From NCBI RefSeq assembly GCF_022539665.2, contig NC_081332.1, positions 1,798,001 through 1,862,000 of the forward strand: a stretch of DNA of 64,000 bases, written 5' to 3'. This document shows, in pieces, positions 23,560-35,519 of the stretch. The position numbers and the translations under genes were made by a program. The first letter of the stretch is position 1; each line of letters opens with the position of its first letter. Source of the DNA: Daphnia carinata (lineage: Eukaryota). The notes beneath the pieces were generated by a model that had not been told where the DNA came from, searched no databases, and saw nothing but the letters and a program-made list of their open reading frames with translations.

Positions 23560-26460
23560 TTACATCCGAGCATCGACGTACGTAGAAAACGAAGTAATAT
23601 CACACATCGCTATAGGAACATCACAATCTCTTGATGACAGACCTATTAATCACGAAGTTTCCAACAAATCGTATAATATGCAAATGTTTTGTTTAAAATA
23701 AAAAAAATTAAGGTTTCTCCTCTACGTTTGTTAAATTACTTTTAGGTTTAGGAGCAAAGAAGAGTTTCTCCAAATTCAAGAAAGATGCTTCTAGTGTAAC
23801 AGCTGTGGCGAAAGCCAAACAAAAGCAAATGACGAGCACACCGAAACATGTCGTGAACTGTCCGAGCATCGTGTAATAGTACTGCTTCCTCACTGCTGCG
23901 TAAAATACGTTCAGGTAATCGTAGTGAATGAGGTAGACGCAATAGGTCAACCGACCGAGCGGTACAAATCCCTTCCACGACAGAAATCTGTTCACGAAGC
24001 CTTGCGTGATAAACCAAAATGATATGCAGTTAGTTCTCCGTGTGTTTTATACGTAATTGGATATTACCTCCATAGCCTCTGGAGCAGGCGAAGATGATCC
24101 AACCAATGACGATACCCCAAGCGAATCGATGTATGGGACCGTACGCCATGCTGACGGCGGAACTGATTTCGGGAACTTGCGAACGATCGACGTATGGTGT
24201 CATCCCGTAAATGATGGCCAACGCAACAATTGTGGACAATGTCCATCCTAAAGCTACTAATATCTAAAGAGAGATGTTTAAGACATTCGATGCTTAAAAT
24301 TCGTTTACATTTGATTTACTTTGGGCAGCCGAACTACTGATTGTTTGGTCACGTGCAAGTACCATCCGAACCAGATGCCAACCAGGTACGGAGGAGCTCT
24401 GGTCCACGGTTTCACGTAGTAATGATTGAAATAATCAGCCGAAGTTGAAACATCCCCACTAAAATTATACAAAGATTAAACTCCCTGTTTAAGTTGCTAA
24501 AAAGGAATTATTATTTACACTCGAGTGAACATCAAAGTTGGCAACAGGTTGTAAACGGCGTAAACGGCAAAGATTGATGCTAGACAGGCCGATGTAACGG
24601 TGGCCAACCAAACGAGGCCCATCCTCCTCCATCGCCAAAGCGGATAAATGAAAAGTGGGGCAACAACGAAGAGTTGCATATCCACCTCCAGGTACCACGT
24701 TTGCCCCATGCACTTGCGTTCATAAAAACAATGTTCCAGAACAAAACTATTTAACGTGAACGTTCATTTAAATTGACTCACGGAAATATCAGGATCCCCA
24801 GGAAATAAATTGGTAACTGTTAAAATTAAAGATCGTTACAAGTTTCTGCGTTATTAAATTCTGATTCGTGTTAACTAACTGTAGAGAAAGTGCTTCCACC
24901 AGACGATGCGACATCCGGCCGATGCCAAACTCACGCTGTACCAATTGGGACCGGTGCCGAGGTAAACCATGAGCGTGGCTATGAAACCGAGGATCAGAGC
25001 ATACACTGGTGTCAATCTCAAATATCGATGAAGGTAGTAAAGACCAACGTTGAACTTCCCATTGTTGCGATCGAGTTCACGAAGCAGAAGGAAAGAAACC
25101 AACAAGCCACTCATCAAGAAAAATGTGTCAACTGACACGGTGCCATTAGCGAGGCTTTGCATTCCCCATGTGAAAGCGTCCTTTTAAATATTTTAAGTTA
25201 TAATAATGAAATTGATTCATCTGTGAAGAATAAATCGAGAACTAACCGTTTTAACCGCCCTGGGATTCATGGATTTGTAGGCACCTAAGATCCAGGTGTG
25301 TCCGATAACGACCCAACAGGTAGAAAAGAATCGAATGCCGTGAATGCAACCAAAGTTATCGTTCGATTTTGATTGTTTCATCGACAAGATTTTACGGCCG
25401 TTGCTCAGAGCTGAAAAACAATGCAAAGAATTCACGAACGGTCCGTCCGTCTTGGAATCAAAAGCAATTTCGCGGTACATCCGCCAGGCTTCGTGAATCG
25501 TCGCTGACATAACCAGCAATCCAATAAGGCTCAGCAAAATTCTACAAGGAAATTGATTAACCAATGAATTATGATAGATCAATTAACTTCTTTACATGAC
25601 TGTAATGTCGGGACCATCGAACGAAGGTGGATCTCTCTCTTCTTTGAAACAGTACTGTTCATCAGTCACGGTCTCGATGGAATAATTACCGAAGACGTAA
25701 GAACCAACGAGTTGGGCAATGGCCTGTCCCAGGTCATCAGCGCTGCAAGACGATGGCAAACAGAAACTGACGCTGGGCAAAACGTAAGTGCCGGAAGTAG
25801 CACCGGATAATTTGGGTTCAACTCTTTCTGAACTTTGTCCTAAGATGCCCAAAAGCTGGAAAATTGTTATGAAATTGCTGCGGCTGTTCTGCTCCAGCAC
25901 CGGTTGGACAAGTTCAGACTCGTCGACAAGGGCCGGTTTGAAGTAGACGCTGCAATATTGACCGTTGAACGAGGGCGCACGAACCGCCTGACATTCATCA
26001 AATAATCCATCTGCGTGATAATTCCCAGCTCCGAACAATCCCGGTGGCAATTGCCCGCTTGATTCTTGCACTAAATTGAAAGGGGTTGTATTACGTACGT
26101 AATCAAATCATGGCCGTCCTTATATGGAGGGTAACACTTACTCTGTAAGGCCCACAGACTCCGATTTGCATAGAGATTGTGTACGTAATACTGGCTGTCT
26201 TCTATACATCGTTGACTGATGTTGGTCGCAACGGCCGTAGGGAAGGACGAAGATTTAATTGCCGCGAACAGGTTGTGAATGATGGATGAAGCATCGTACG
26301 TGGTCCCGGTCTCTTCCAGTTTCTGCGTGATCGCTAAACGCAATGTTTCCCACGATTCTTCACTAGCCTCCAGCGATTTGACCAGATTCACGAACTGCTG
26401 GGAATGACCACCTGTCCACAACAATCCAATGGTCATCAAGACCATCCAGGTGGCTTGCAT
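23560..26460 (-). CDS. nrf-6: NRF-6-like O-acyltransferase, copy 2 (last exon uncertain; stop would be 23708 if unspliced)
   Basis: MQATWMVLMTIGLLWTGGHS signal; GLFDECQ, CLPSSCS, HGIRFFSTCWVVIGH, VDTFF, HRYLRLTP, WYLEVDMQLF, YYVKPWTR, PLGRLTYCVYLIH. Confidence 0.92.
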
Positions 26461-26523
26461 GTTGCAGCTTTAGCTTCGCTTGAAGCAGCCAGGTAAAATT
26501 GTGGGACGACCCCAAGACCGGTC

Positions 26524-26531
26524 TATTTATA
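26524..26531 (-). promoter_or_regulatory. TATA box of NRF-6 copy 2
   Basis: TATAAATA on the minus strand ~65 nt upstream of ATG 26460. Confidence 0.55.
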
Positions 26532-27009
26532 TGATTGGACGGACTATCTCTTCTTTCGACATTGTCACGTCTCATCTTGCTCCGTGCGTTTCCCACATTC
26601 AATCGGGAGCTCCTTATCCGAACGAAAATGCATTGCGCCATATGATGTAATTTCTGTCCCTATACCCATCATGTATTAGATCGTGTTCCCTTTTTTATGG
26701 GTGCAAAATACAAGGTTCATGCCTCCATTAACATTTCGACTTGAAGTGAAATCCTACGGAATTTGTTTATCGATTTATACATGGCTGCTGATAAACTTAT
26801 GGTCCCAATCGTCGAAAATGAACCAATAATGTATTCCTTTTTTCGTTTTCCATGGTGAAATTAATTGAATGAGGAGACAGAGGTAAACCAAAATAATAAA
26901 ACAGAGCAACAATAGCGAGCACACTGGAAAAGTAATCCATGGCCAAAAAAAAAATACATGCTAAATATGTCGATACGATATTGTTGAATACTAGAGTCAA
27001 TTTACACAT

Positions 27010-27083
27010 GCCTCTGTGGCGCAATTGGCTAGCGCGTTCGGCTGTTAACCGGAAGGCTGGTGGTTCGAGCCCACCCAGGGGCG
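27010..27083 (+). tRNA. trnN-GTT: tRNA-Asn(GTT), intronless
   Basis: GCCTCTGTGGCGCAATTGGCTAGCGCGTTCGGCT-GTT-AACCGGAAGGCTGGTGGTTCGAGCCCACCCAGGGGCG; cloverleaf, A/B boxes, TTTTT terminator at 27088. Confidence 0.97.
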
Positions 27084-27764
27084 AAACTTTTTTCCTTTTC
27101 AAAATCAATATCTTAAACACTTACTTAAAACACGTACCCAACTTTCTACGGAACGCCATATGATTCACATTCTTATTGACAACCCCTCCGGCAGAAATCA
27201 GAATTTAAAACACAAAGCTTCGTTGTGAACTCTTTTGTTTTAACAATTCGATTAGGTTAACTTACAACAAATTTCCTTTCATCTTCATCTAGAAAATAAA
27301 GTACGGTAAACAAGCTCCGGAGGTTGACAACTTTATTGCTTCTAAATTTATTTACGAACTTCTCGGGGAAGTCTAGAATGCGAAAGCTCTAAAAAGTTTT
27401 GGGAACTAGCCAAACTTTTTAAGATTTTCTTCAGAATTTGGATAAAGAAAATTAACGTAGAAGCTTTGAAAGCCTCGGAAACCTTGTTATGCGGAGAAAT
27501 AAGAATAACATTTCAGCTTGATTGGAAAGAATCAATAGCAGTGAAACTTCGAGCAGCCTAAGTTCTTGTTAAGGTAGGACACAGACTGCTAAAAGCTGAT
27601 AAAAGAAAAGGGTTTACTCACAAATGGTGAATTCTCGCAGTTCACTGCTGTGTGGCACATCAGCCAAGATCCGCTGCGGATCTATATCCTCTTTTCAATC
27701 TGTCAGTGATATTTAAATCCAGATTTAATTGTATTTCCCTTGCCATTTCGTACTGGCTTTGTAA

Positions 27765-28677
27765 ATGTGGGAGATGACACCAGCCGTCAATCTCAAATCA
27801 AATTGTACCGTCGATTACCCCGGAATGCGAGTGTTACCCATCAGGATCTGTTCCGTCTTTTGCATTCTCTGCGGAATCGCGTCCATCAGCATACAAGTAA
27901 GCTCAAAAACTCCGCTTAATTATTACAAACCAATACATACACCCAATCTAGACGGCCACTTTAGCCATTTTCTTGGAGACGTTCGACCGTCATTACGTCA
28001 ACTTCCCTTCGGACTTTGTCGGTCACGGTATTTGGAGTGGAGCGTTCGATTTAATAGCTGGCTGTTTGGGCATTGCTGCCACTTACACGAGGAAAAAGAC
28101 GCTGTGAATATTTATTGAGAACGCACACACTTAAAAACGCATACAATTTAATAATAATTTAATTTATTTGATAGGCTCGTTGCGACTGTAGTGATGACGG
28201 CCGTATCGATTTTCACTTCATTCTTGACGTCTTTACTATCAGCTGGGGCCGCATCGTTAGGTGTTTACAGTTCTTGCTACAGAAAATTCGGATACTCTAA
28301 ATCGATATGTATGACAATTAATTCGTGTAATTCAATTATATTTGCATGAGTGGCTGATTTATTTATCCACAGGTGATACATGGCTGGAATTGCAATGGGC
28401 ATTAATGAGCTGTGGGATTTTAGCTTTGATCAGTTCAATAGTCCTCGTCATCCTGACATCAGGATCTCTTTGTACTTGTTGCAGGAAGCACAACAGCATC
28501 GTAGACATGGTAAACGACATTGTGTTATGAATTATCACAAATTATATGTTATGTATCTGCTCTTTATTTTGCATCTCCATTGCGCGAACGATTTGGAAAT
28601 CCATGACGGATGCGATTGCGCAGGCTTTCCAAGGGACGTACGTCGGCCAGCCGATTCCAGATCATCAATTGCAATAG
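27765..28677 (+). CDS. MS4A/CD20-like four-TM protein, array gene A
   Basis: MWEMTP..IRICSVFCILCGIASISIQ / ..DFVGHGIWSGAFDLIAGCLG.. / ..SSCYRKFGYSKSIC / DTWLELQW..SLCTCCRK.. / AFQGTYVGQPIPDHQLQ*. Confidence 0.78.
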
Positions 28678-29072
28678 AAATATTACACAACATTCCTGTA
28701 GAACAATAAAAATGAATGTAATACAGATTAGATTGGCGAATACAATTAAAAATAGATTGGCGAATAGATTGGATTAGGCGCATCCAAACGCTACGTTCGA
28801 AAGAACCAACACAAGGACTATAAGCAGTCCAGCGTTTAAATCCACCTGTCCTTATCATCGCCACATGACGCAGAGGCTTCCTATAGGACACAGCCGGTCA
28901 AAATTAACTGTCACGCTTTGGTACGGCGAATATTTGGTTACCGTTTAGCCCACCTTTCTTCCTGTTTCCCGCACTCTTATGTAATAGTGGAAGGATCGTC
29001 TGCAACGCTTTTGTCAGTCAGTAAAAATTAATCACAGCTAAACGTCACTATCAATCTGACGCCAACAACACC

Positions 29073-30377
29073 ATGAGTATGGCCAATCCACCAGGCCTCG
29101 TTTGGCAACCAGTGGCTCCTGCGAAAACTCTCAAGGACATCATCGGCAAGAAATTGACTGTCATCCGCGCTTTTTCAATCATCAGCATCGTTTTGGGTAT
29201 CCTCTCCATTTTGCTACAGGTAATTTCTTACCGATAATCATCTGTCATTGCAAATCATTGATCTTCAAATTGATCTCTAATTACAATTTAATTGTTTTCG
29301 AAATGTGACATTTAGATTGCGACGTTGGTGATCTACGTTAAATACTGTTCATACTTTCTTTGCACCTTACCGGTCGGCTATTATAGGCCATGGAATCTGG
29401 TGCGGAGCGTTCTACGTGACAGCTGGCAGCTTAGGCGTGGCTGCCTGTAGAACACCGAAGACATCACTGTAAACAAGTTTACAAACATACTTCCTTTTAT
29501 ATTTATTTATTTTTAATTGAACAATTTCATTTAAAAAATAGTTTGGTGGGGACCGTAGTAATGTCCGCAATTTCAGTCGCTGGTGCCATCGTCGCATCTA
29601 CACTGTCCGGAATAACGGCAGACTGGGGCTTCTACCACTACGATTACCCTATGTGTATGATTTTGCATTTATACATAATATCATACAGCCTGCGATAACA
29701 ATGAATATCCCTGACTAATTCTTCTGAATTCTCTGAGTTTAACTTTGATATTCTCTTTCTCGGTTGAATGATTTACGCTCACAGGTATTGCGAGGCTCGG
29801 CCTGGAATGGACCCTGATGTCCATCAGTGTTTTGGCTATCATGAACTCAATTACTCTAGTATCCTTAGCATCCGTGCCCCTCTGTTGCAGCGGACGTAAA
29901 AAAGGACAACAAGGCAGCACGGTATGTGTTGCTAACTGTTTTATAGCAAACCTGTGTTATGGAATGAATATTGAATGTGATGATCTATTACAGAAAGTTA
30001 CAATCGGTGTTGGAAGCAATCAACAACCAATGTACTATCAGCCACAGCCGATGTATGTAGTGGCTCAACAACAACCGAATGTTCAGGTCGTTCATGCTGG
30101 ACAGCAGAATCCACAACAGATCCAGTATCCACAGCAGCAACAGGTCCAATTCTTACCCAATTCGCAAGTCGTCTATGTACCCCAGCAACAACAACAACCG
30201 CAACTACTGCAACAACAATACCCGCAACAGCAACATACGCAAAAAGCTCCTGCTGCCAAACAGCAGCCACAGGCTCCGGTTGTCCACCAGCAGCAACCAC
30301 AGCAAAATCAAACTTCACCATATGAAGAGTTGAACGTCCAGCTACACGCTGTGGAAAATACTACGCCAACCGTTTAG
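29073..30377 (+). CDS. MS4A/CD20-like four-TM protein with Q/P-rich tail, array gene B
   Basis: MSMANPPG..IRAFSIISIVLGILSILLQ / ..IIGHGIWCGAFYVTAGSLG.. / .. / CIARLGLEW..PLCCSGRKKG / KVTIGVGSNQQPMYYQPQ...ENTTPTV*. Confidence 0.8.
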
Positions 30378-30661
30378 AGCAATCGATTGCAGAACTGGGC
30401 TTGTTATTAACAAAACAATTAATGAATATAAACTTGGAAGATTTGAAATATAAACCCATGGCATCAGTCACGGTGTATGTTATTGAACTGTCTCTGTCAG
30501 TGCAATTCCTTTCACATTCCGCATCCATTACTGAAGAGCTTGGCAACTGAAACCCTCATTTATAGTTTTTAGAAAAATACGAAGCTCTTCTACATTTTTA
30601 TGTCGAATTTGTTCGTCTCTGGTGCCATACGTTCTCCTTCCGTGTTCCAAACATCTTGCAG

Positions 30662-30889
30662 GACCAATTCTTACCCAATTCGCAAGTCGTCAATGTACCC
30701 CAGCAAGAACAACAACCGCAACTACTGCAACAACAATACCCGCAACAGCCGCAACAAGCTCCTGTTGTCCACCAGCAGCCACAGGCTCCGGCTGTTCATC
30801 TGCAGCAACCGCAGCAAAATCAGTCTGCACCATATGAAGAGTTGAAAGTCCAACTACAGGCTGTGGAAAACACTACGCCAACCGTTTAA
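30662..30889 (+). pseudogene. Orphan duplicate of the 3' half of the Q-rich terminal exon (possible alternative last exon of gene B)
   Basis: DQFLPNSQVVNVPQQ...SAPYEELKVQLQAVENTTPTV* is open and paralogous to the B/C tails but has no upstream TM exons; preceded by ...CATCTTGCAG. Confidence 0.7.
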
Positions 30890-31876
30890 AGGAATCGATT
30901 GCAAAAGTGGGCTTGTTATTAACATAACAATAAACGAGTGTTGACATTTATTTTTGTTAACTTGATTGTTAACTTTTAAACTCCACCTAACATATTTTCT
31001 GAATAGTTCGGTAGTAAGTTAAAGTCATTTGCACCTGCAAAATCTTTTCTGCCATTATTCTATTCCTGGAAAAAATCGATGAAAGGGTAGCTAGTCTTAT
31101 CTCCAGTGACTTGCATACGTCTTCACTTTGCGTGCTATATAAAGCAACCTATTTTTAAAAAGTAAATGTTTTTTTAGTTGATGGAGAACGTATTCAATAC
31201 AATTAAAAATAGATTGGCGAATAGATTGGATTAGGCGCATCTAAACGCTATGTTCGAAAGAACCAACATCATTGAACACACAAGGACTGTGAGCAGTCCA
31301 TCGTTTAAATCCACCTGTCCTTATCATCGCCACATGACGCAGAGGCTTTCTATTGGACACAGCCGGTCAAAATTAACTGTCACGCTTATCATCCCCATTT
31401 TCAGTTACGCTTTCCAAATTTTGTGCTTTTTTTGATCGTATAAAGCTGACGTCTGCCATTGACGCTCGTTGTTTAAAGAATTGTGTGATTCATTCTAATT
31501 GGACTCCGCTATCGTGCGTCGTATACAGCCCAGTGCGGATTGCATCAACAACATTCAAGTACGTTGATGCTTTTTCACTTTAAAAACAAATTCCAATCTT
31601 GTAAACGGTTGTGAAAACATGAATAACCGAAATAGAAATGGAAATCTGACGCTCATAATGCGATAACCGCATTATGCTGTCGAGACCAGTTCATTTCGAG
31701 ATAGTAAGAACAATAATTACAAAAGCGTTTATATATTCAGCAATTAACGAGTACAGTCCGTCTTTAGTCGCTAACTCGTTCTCGGGTTGTGTCGATAGTT
31801 TTATTGTGTCTGCTATCGGCATCAACGTTATTACTCATAGCCTAAAGTGAACTACCCTTATTTAGTTTGCTGTGAA

Positions 31877-33220
31877 ATGCATGACGTCAACAACACCATG
31901 AGTATGGCCAATCCACCAGGCATCATTTGGCAACCAGTGGCTCCTGCCAACACTCTCAAGGACATCATGGGCAAGAAATTGAACGTCATCCTCGCTTTTT
32001 CAATTATAAGCATCGTTTTGGGTATCCTCTCCATTTTGCTCCAGGTAATTTCTTACTGATAATCATCTGTCATTGCAAATCATTGATCTTCAAATTGATC
32101 TCTAATTACAATTTAATTGTTTTTGAATGTGACATTTAGATTGCGACGTTGGTGATCTACGCTGAATACATCTACTACACTGTATATTACCCGATTGATG
32201 TTATCGGCCATGGAATCTGGTGCGGAACGTTCTATGTGACAGCTGGTAGCTTAGGCGTGGCTGCCTGTAGAACACCGAAGACATCACTGTAAACAAGTTT
32301 ACAAACATACTTCCTTTTATATTTATTTATTTTTAATTGAACAATTTCATTTAAAAAATAGTTTGGTGGGGACCGTAGTAGTGTCCGCAATTTCAGTCGC
32401 TGGTGCCATCGTCGCATCTACACTGTCCGGAATTGCGGCAAGCTTGGGCTTCTATTACTGCTACAAAGATATCTCTTTATGTATGATTTTGCATTTATAC
32501 ATAATATCATACAGCCTGCGATGACAATGAATATCCCTGACTAATTCTTCTGAATTCTCTGAGTTTAACTTTCATATTCTCTTTCTCGGTTGAATGATTT
32601 ACGTTCACAGGTGAAGCGTGGGAAGGTCTGGAATGGACCTTGATGTCCATCAGTATTTTGGCTTTCATGAACTCAATTACTCTAGTATCCTTAGTATCCG
32701 TGCCCCTCTGTTGCAGCGGACGTAAAAAAGGACCACAAGGAAACACGGTATGATGACACGTTGATCTGCGCTGAGAATGTGTTTGATCTGTTTTATAGCA
32801 AACTTGTGCTGGGGAATGAATGTTGAATTGGATAATCTATTACAGAGTGTTCTAATCGGTGTTGGAAGCCATCAAAAACCAATGTATCATCAGCCACAAC
32901 CAATGCATTTAGCGGCTCATCAACAACCGATCTATTTAGCGCCTTCACAGCAACCGAATGTTCAGGTCGTTCATGCTGGACAGCAGAATCCACAACAGAT
33001 GCAGTATCCACAGCAGCTACAGGTCCAATTCTTACCCAATTCGCAAGTCGTCTATGTACCCCAGCCACAACAATACTCGCAACAGCAACAGACGCAAAAA
33101 GCTCCTGCTGCCAAACAGCAGGCACAGGCTCCGGTTGTTCACCAGCAGCAACCACAGCAAAATCAAACTTCACCATATGAAGAGTTGAACGTCCAGTTAC
33201 ACGCTGTGGAAAACACTTAG
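31877..33220 (+). CDS. MS4A/CD20-like four-TM protein with Q/P-rich tail, array gene C
   Basis: MHDVNNTMSMANPPG..ILAFSIISIVLGILSILLQ / ..PIDVIGHGIWCGTFYV.. / ..FYYCYKDISLC / EAWEGLEW..PLCCSGRKKG / SVLIGVGSHQKPMYHQ...HAVENT*. Confidence 0.82.
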
Positions 33221-34210
33221 CCAACCGCTTAAAGGAATCGATTGCAGAAGTGGGCTTGTTATTGACATAACAATAAACGTGTGTTAACATTTATTTTTGT
33301 TAACTTGATTGTTAACTTCTAAACTCCACCTAACATATTTTCTGAATAGTTCGGTAGTAAGTTAAAGTCATTTGCACCTGCAAAATCTTTTCTGTCATTA
33401 TTCTATTCCTGGAAAAAATCGATGAAAGGATAGCTAATCTTATCTCCAATGTATTGCATACGTCTTCACTTTGTGTGCTATACAAAGCAACCTATTTTTT
33501 AAAAAGTAAATGTTTTTTAGTTGATGGACAACGTATTGAATACAATTAAAAATAGATTGGCGAATAGATTGGATTAGGCGTATCCAAACGCTATGTTCGA
33601 AAGAACCAACACAAGGACTATAAGCAGTCCATCGTTTAAATCCACCTGTCCTTATCATCGCCACATGACACAGATGTTTTCTATTGGGCACAGCGGGTCA
33701 AAATCAACTGTCACGCTTATCATCCCCACTTTCAGTTATGCTTTCCAAATTTTGTATTTTTCTTGATCATGTACAGCTGACGTCTGCCATTGACGCTCGT
33801 TGTTTAAAGAATCGGGTGATTCATTCTAATTGGGCTTCGCTATCGTGCGTCGTATACAGCCAAGTGCGGATTGCATCAACACCATTCAAGTACGTTGATG
33901 CTTTTTCACTTTAAAAACAAATTCCAATCTTGTAAACGGTTGTGAAAAGATGAATAACCGAAATCGAAGTGGAAATCTGACGCTCATAATGCGATAACCG
34001 CATTATGCTGCCGAGACAAGTTCATTCCGAGATAGGAGGAACAGTGATTACAAAAGCGTTTATATATTCAGCAATTAATGAGTATAGCCCGTCTTTCGCC
34101 GCTAACTAGTCGTTCTCGGGTTGTGTCGATAGTTTTATTGTGTCTGCAATCGGCATCAACGTTATTACTAATAGTCAAACGTGAACTACCCTTATTTAGT
34201 TTGCTGAGAA

Positions 34211-35519
34211 ATGCATGACGTCAACAACACCATGAGTATGGCCAATCCACCAGCGGTCGTTTGGCAACCAGTGACTCCCACGAACACTCTCAAAGACATC
34301 ATGGGCAAGAAATTGCCTGCCATCCGCGCGTTTTCAATTATCAGCATCGTTTTGGGAATCCTCTCCATTTTTATCCAGGTAATTTCTTACGGCTTGGTCG
34401 TGATAATCGGCTGTCATTGCAAATCATTGATCTTCAAAATTGCATTCTATAATTTAATTGTTTTTTTAAATGCGACATTTAGATTGCGGCGTTGGTGCTC
34501 TACGCTGAATACCTCTACAACGCTGTATATTACCCGTTGGATGTTGTCGGCCATGGAATCTGGTGTGGCGTGTTCTACGTGACAGCTGGAAGCTTAGGCG
34601 TGGCTGCCTATAGAAAACCGACGAAATCACTGTAAACAAGTTTACAAACATACCTCCTTTTATTGATTTATTTTGTTTTATTTATTTTATTTGATAATTT
34701 CATTTTAAAAATAGTTTGGTAGGGACCGTAGTAATGTCCGCAATTTCAGTCGCTGGTGCCATCGTCGCATCTACACTGTCCGGAATAGCGGCAGATTATG
34801 GCGTCTTATATTACAGTTGCTACTATTACAACAATAACAGCTATACATTATCTAACCGATGTATGATTTTCCATTTACACATAATGCGCATTGTCTGCCA
34901 TAGCAGTCGATATCCCCGAGTAATTCTTCTGATTTCTCTAACTTTGATGTTCTCGTTCTCGTTGGATGATTGACGTTCACAGGTGACGCGTGGCTCGGCC
35001 TGGAATGGACCCTGATGTCCATCAGTGTTTTGGCTATCATGAACTCAATTACTCTAGTATCCTTAGCATCCGTGCCCCTCTGTTGCAGCGGACGTAAAAA
35101 AGGACCACAAGGAAACACGGTATGTAACACGTTGATCCACGCTGAGAATGTGTTTGATCTAACTGTTTTATAGCGAAGCTATATATTGGGCAATGAATAT
35201 TGAATATGATGATCTATTACAGAAAGTTACAATCGGTGTTGGAAGCAATCAACAACCAATGTACTATCAGCCACAGCCGATGTATGTAGCGGCTCAACAA
35301 CAACCGAATGTTCAATTCCCTAATACTAGTCAGCAGAATCAGTACCCACAACAGGTCCAGTATTCACAGCAGCAACAGGGCCAATTCTTATCGAATCCGC
35401 AAGTCCTCAATGTTCCCCAGCAACAACAACAACTGCAACTACTGCAACAACAATACCCGCAACAGCAACAGTCACAACAGGCTCCTGTTGTCCAACAACA
35501 ACAACCGCAGCAAAATTAA
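34211..35519 (+). CDS. MS4A/CD20-like four-TM protein with Q/P-rich tail, array gene D
   Basis: MHDVNNTMSMANPP..SIVLGILSIFIQ / ..PLDVVGHGIWCGVFYV.. / ..YYSCYYYNNNSYTLSNRC / DAWLGLEW..PLCCSG / KVTIGVGSNQQPMYY...QQPQQN*. Confidence 0.82.

Noticed and set aside
26797..27163. ORFs spanning tRNA-Asn (also 45886-46116)
   Set aside because: Incidental translations through tRNA genes.
27177..27330. Weak inverted similarity (CAACCCCTCCGG vs CCGGAGGTTG) downstream of the first tRNA
   Set aside because: Too short and imperfect, with no inner symmetry or target duplication.
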